A DNA stretch of 32,000 nucleotides. Source: Methanococcus maripaludis. GTDB taxonomy: Archaea; AGJL01; Methanococci; Methanococcales; Methanococcaceae. Within the stretch, counting starts at the first letter, position 1. Each line of letters opens with the position of its first letter. A program made the position numbers and the translations under genes. Shown here piece by piece: positions 29,225 to 32,000 of this stretch. The stretch is from positions 1,080,001-1,112,000 of the forward strand of contig NZ_CP026606.1 in the NCBI RefSeq assembly GCF_002945325.1. The letters run 5' to 3'. The notes beneath the pieces were generated by a model that saw nothing but the letters and a program-made list of their open reading frames with translations, was not told where the DNA came from and ran no database searches.

Positions 29225-29245
29225 TTGTGTGTAAAGTATACACAA
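29225..29245 (+). promoter_or_regulatory. Putative operator copy 2: TTGTGT-N9-ACACAA
   Basis: 'ttgtgtgtaaagtatacacaa' has the same arms and spacer length as copy 1 and lies over the predicted transcription start. Confidence 0.6.
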
Positions 29246-29271
29246 GTAGGTATAATGGACTGGTGATATAG

Positions 29272-29964
29272 ATGGAAATTCAAAAAATTAAAGAACTCGG
29301 AAAAAAACTTCAAGACCTTTTAGCTCTAGAAAAACCTGCAACAGCAGTTAAACTTGTAAAATCAAAAGAAGAAATTCCAGAAGGCTATGCTGAAATAGAA
29401 ACTCCTGTAAGGCACTGTGAAATGATTCAAAATGCAAGAACTGAAGGTAAAAAGTTCTACGCAACAGTCGAAAAACAAGCATGTAAAGGTGGAGCATACG
29501 CGATTGGAATTTTACAAAATCCTCCTGAAGCATTGAAAAGCGGTGTTTTGTACCACAACTTAGGAAACTTCCCAACCGAAGAAGCTGCAATTAAAACAGT
29601 TCAGGCAATTCCAAGGGTTAAAGAAGCAATTTACGCTGGAGTTTATGCACCATTAAACGATGCAGACTTTGAACCTGACAGCATTGTAGTTTTAGTAACT
29701 CCAAAACAGGGTTTAAGACTTACTCAAGCACTTAATTATGCAGCAGGTGGAAGATTCCAGGCAGACTTTGCAGGAATTCAATCTTTATGTGCTGATGCAG
29801 TAGCTGCTGTAAAAACAAGAGGTGTAGCAAACGCAACACTCGGATGCAACGGTTCAAGAGCTTATGCACATATTAAAGACGATGAGCTTGTATTTGCATT
29901 CCCACTTTCAGATTTGGAAAACGTAATTGGTGCACTTGAATACTTCAAGGAAAAATGGAATTAA
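29272..29964 (+). CDS. DUF169 family protein
   Basis: 'LLALEKPATAVKLVKSKEEIPEG', 'RHCEMIQNAR', 'CKGGAYAIGIL', 'CADAVAAVKTRGVANATLGCNGSRAYAHIKDDELVFAFP'. RBS GGTGAT precedes ATG 29272. Confidence 0.85.
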   Translation: MEIQKIKELGKKLQDLLALEKPATAVKLVKSKEEIPEGYAEIETPVRHCEMIQNARTEGKKFYATVEKQACKGGAYAIGILQNPPEALKSGVLYHNLGNFPTEEAAIKTVQAIPRVKEAIYAGVYAPLNDADFEPDSIVVLVTPKQGLRLTQALNYAAGGRFQADFAGIQSLCADAVAAVKTRGVANATLGCNGSRAYAHIKDDELVFAFPLSDLENVIGALEYFKEKWN

Positions 29965-29974
29965 AATTAAATAA

Positions 29975-31345
29975 TTAATTTTGATTTCTGATATTTTTTC
30001 TTGCAAGTGAAGCAAAAATTCCGAATAAACAAAGAATGGCAGAAACTTTAAATGATGCAGTTATCCCTTGAAGGAATAGCGGACTGAATTCTGCGGAAAT
30101 TGGGTTATTTCCAACATAAAATGCGATCAATACAGTTATTATTGCCATACTGGTCATCTGACCCAAAATCCTTACAGTTGCAAGCATTGCAGAAGCAACT
30201 CCTGCAAATTTCCTTTCAACTGAACTCATTATTGCATTCGTGTTTGGGGAGCTAAAAAGTGCAAATCCAAATCCGAGAAGCATTAAATTTAATATTATCT
30301 GATAAATACTCGTATCTAACTTAATAAATGAAAATAGCACTAATCCGCTACAGGTAATTCCCATTCCAAGGGATGCTAAAATCCTAGGTTCAATTTTATC
30401 GGATAATTTTCCGGTAATTGGTGAAAATATTGCCTGTACAAGGGGCTGTGCTAAAAGGATTATTCCTGCATCTTGGGCAGAAAATCCTCTCAAACTTTGA
30501 AGATAAAAACTGATCAAAAATGCCACTGCATAAGTTGCACCGTAATTTAACAGTGCAGCAAGGTTCGACATTGAAAATGCAAGATTTTTCGTAATGAGTT
30601 TGATGTTCAGAATTGGATTTTCTGTTTTATGCTCTCTATGGATAAATATAGATCCAAAAAGCAATGACACGAGTATAAAAATAGATCCTCCTGAACTAAA
30701 GGTAATAAATCCATATACTAAGAATACAAGTGAAATTATGTATGTAATCGAGCCGAAATAGTCAAATGTTTCGCCTTTTGCGTCACACCACTCGTTTAAA
30801 ACGAATTTCTTGGCAATAATGTATGTTAAAATTCCAATAATTCCTGAAAATAAAAATATACTTCTCCATCCAAAATAATGGGTCAAAATTCCTCCGAGGA
30901 ATGGCCCTAAACTAAGACCAATGTAAACTGTGGCAATATTAATTCCAAGGGCTTTTCCTCTTTCGTTTAAGGGGTAAAATGAGGTTAATATTGCAATAGC
31001 AGTTCCAAATATCATGGCACTACCTATTCCTTGAAGTATCCGAAGTAAAATCAAATGAGTGATTGATCCGGAAAATATCCCCATTAACGAGGATAATCCA
31101 AAAATTAACAGTCCATTTAATAAAATTCGTTTCCTACCAATAATATCTGCAATTCTTCCAAAGGGGAGTAAAAGTGCAGAACTTGCAAGTAGGAATGAAG
31201 TTACAAGCCAGCTTAAAAGGATAGTATCGGCTGAAAATTCTGTTCCAATACTTGGAAGAGCAAGATTCAATGCAGTGCTCATAAAAGGAGTTAAAAATGA
31301 TGATATCGCGGCAACAACTGCCACAATGGATTTTTCATTTTTCAT
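29975..31345 (-). CDS. Major facilitator superfamily transporter, drug:H+ antiporter-like
   Basis: Many hydrophobic helices. 'LLPFGRIADIIGRKRILLNGLLIF', 'RILQGIGSAMIFGTAIAILTSFYPLNERGKALGINIATVYIGLSLGPFLGGILTHYFGWR' is MFS motif A/C-like. ORF track start is 31357; ATG 31345 is possible. Confidence 0.9.
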   Translation of the reverse strand: MKNEKSIVAVVAAISSFLTPFMSTALNLALPSIGTEFSADTILLSWLVTSFLLASSALLLPFGRIADIIGRKRILLNGLLIFGLSSLMGIFSGSITHLILLRILQGIGSAMIFGTAIAILTSFYPLNERGKALGINIATVYIGLSLGPFLGGILTHYFGWRSIFLFSGIIGILTYIIAKKFVLNEWCDAKGETFDYFGSITYIISLVFLVYGFITFSSGGSIFILVSLLFGSIFIHREHKTENPILNIKLITKNLAFSMSNLAALLNYGATYAVAFLISFYLQSLRGFSAQDAGIILLAQPLVQAIFSPITGKLSDKIEPRILASLGMGITCSGLVLFSFIKLDTSIYQIILNLMLLGFGFALFSSPNTNAIMSSVERKFAGVASAMLATVRILGQMTSMAIITVLIAFYVGNNPISAEFSPLFLQGITASFKVSAILCLFGIFASLARKNIRNQN

Positions 31346-31419
31346 GTGAATCGCCAAATATATATTGTCCTAATTCTATAATCTATTTAAGCAAATAAAA
31401 AAACTTATCGGGTGAATTT

Positions 31420-31662
31420 ATGGTAAAAATTGAAGTATTTACATCACCAATGTGTCCACACTGTCCAGCAGCTAAAAGAATAGTTGATGAAGTTGCAAAA
31501 GAGATTGAGGGAATTGAAGTTGTACATATCAATGTAATGGAACACCCTGAAAAGGCTGCTGAACTTGGAATCATGGCAGTTCCTACCGTTGCAATAAACG
31601 GGGAAGTTAAGTTTGTTGGAGCCCCAACAAAAGATGCATTAATTGCAGAACTTAAAAAATAA
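31420..31662 (+). CDS. Small thioredoxin/glutaredoxin-like protein
   Basis: 80 aa with 'IEVFTSPMCPHCPAAKRIVDEVAKE', cis-Pro motif 'MAVPTVAING' and 'FVGAPTKDALIAEL'. CPHC redox motif. Confidence 0.9.
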   Translation: MVKIEVFTSPMCPHCPAAKRIVDEVAKEIEGIEVVHINVMEHPEKAAELGIMAVPTVAINGEVKFVGAPTKDALIAELKK

Positions 31663-31775
31663 CTCATTTTATATTTTATTTAATATTAATTCACTTTTAA
31701 AAATCAGGAAGGATTGAAAACACATAAAGAATGGTTGTGTACAATAATGACATATCTACAAATTATGGTGTAATC

Positions 31776-32000
31776 ATGATAAAAGAGATAAACGTAAAAT
31801 CACTCAGAAGTCCCGCAATGCTCGTTGAAAAAGTAATCGAGAACACGAAAGGCGGAATTTTGTTGATCGAAACCGATGGGGATTCCCAAATCAAAGAAAT
31901 TTCCGAATTAATTAAAAAAATGGGTTATAAAATGGAAGTTGACGGAACAAACGTTAAAGTAAGCATTGGAGAAATTGAAGCTACAAAATCCATAAATGTT
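31776..32000 (+). CDS. TusA/SirA-like small protein, truncated by the window end
   Basis: ATG 31776 preceded by GGTG. The frame is open to the edge: MIKEINVKSLRSPAMLVEKVIENTKGGILLIETDGDSQIKEISELIKKMGYKMEVDGTNVKVSIGEIEATKSINV. The layout resembles TusA, but similarity is weak by eye. Confidence 0.45.
   Translation, partial: MIKEINVKSLRSPAMLVEKVIENTKGGILLIETDGDSQIKEISELIKKMGYKMEVDGTNVKVSIGEIEATKSINV

Noticed and set aside
29348-31667. ORFs 29348..29590 (-), 31059..31349 (+) and 31383..31667 (-)
   Set aside because: Antisense to DUF169, MFS and the CPHC thioredoxin-like gene.

Overview
This AT-rich, gene-dense archaeal window is most consistent with a mesophilic methanogen of the genus Methanococcus. 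The assignment rests on recalled gene content, such as PAN, aMBF1, methanogenesis marker 8, IPK, PMDh large subunit and DUF169. Most of it is housekeeping: cobalamin, pyrimidine, isoprenoid, PLP, thiamine and SAM biosynthesis, rpS8e, six tRNAs and the proteasome-activating ATPase. I found no CRISPR array, transposon or integrated element. The less ordinary parts are: (1) two adjacent, paralogous ~3.1 kb genes encoding ~1030-aa HEAT-like helical repeat proteins, 2 nt apart, plus a third, truncated helical-repeat protein at the left edge; (2) two copies of an inverted repeat TTGTGT-N9-ACACAA bracketing the TATA box of a DUF169 gene; (3) a molybdate/tungstate ABC locus with two different-family substrate-binding lipoproteins and one permease/ATPase pair; (4) a compact GTPase-SepF-marker 8-IPK gene string; (5) a tRNA(CAU) with isoleucine-like acceptor features; (6) a ThiD protein with a divergent C-terminal ThiN-like domain. 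Several supplied ORF starts look too long, and alternatives supported by ribosome-binding sites are given. I see no clear evidence for a complete new defence or mobile system.
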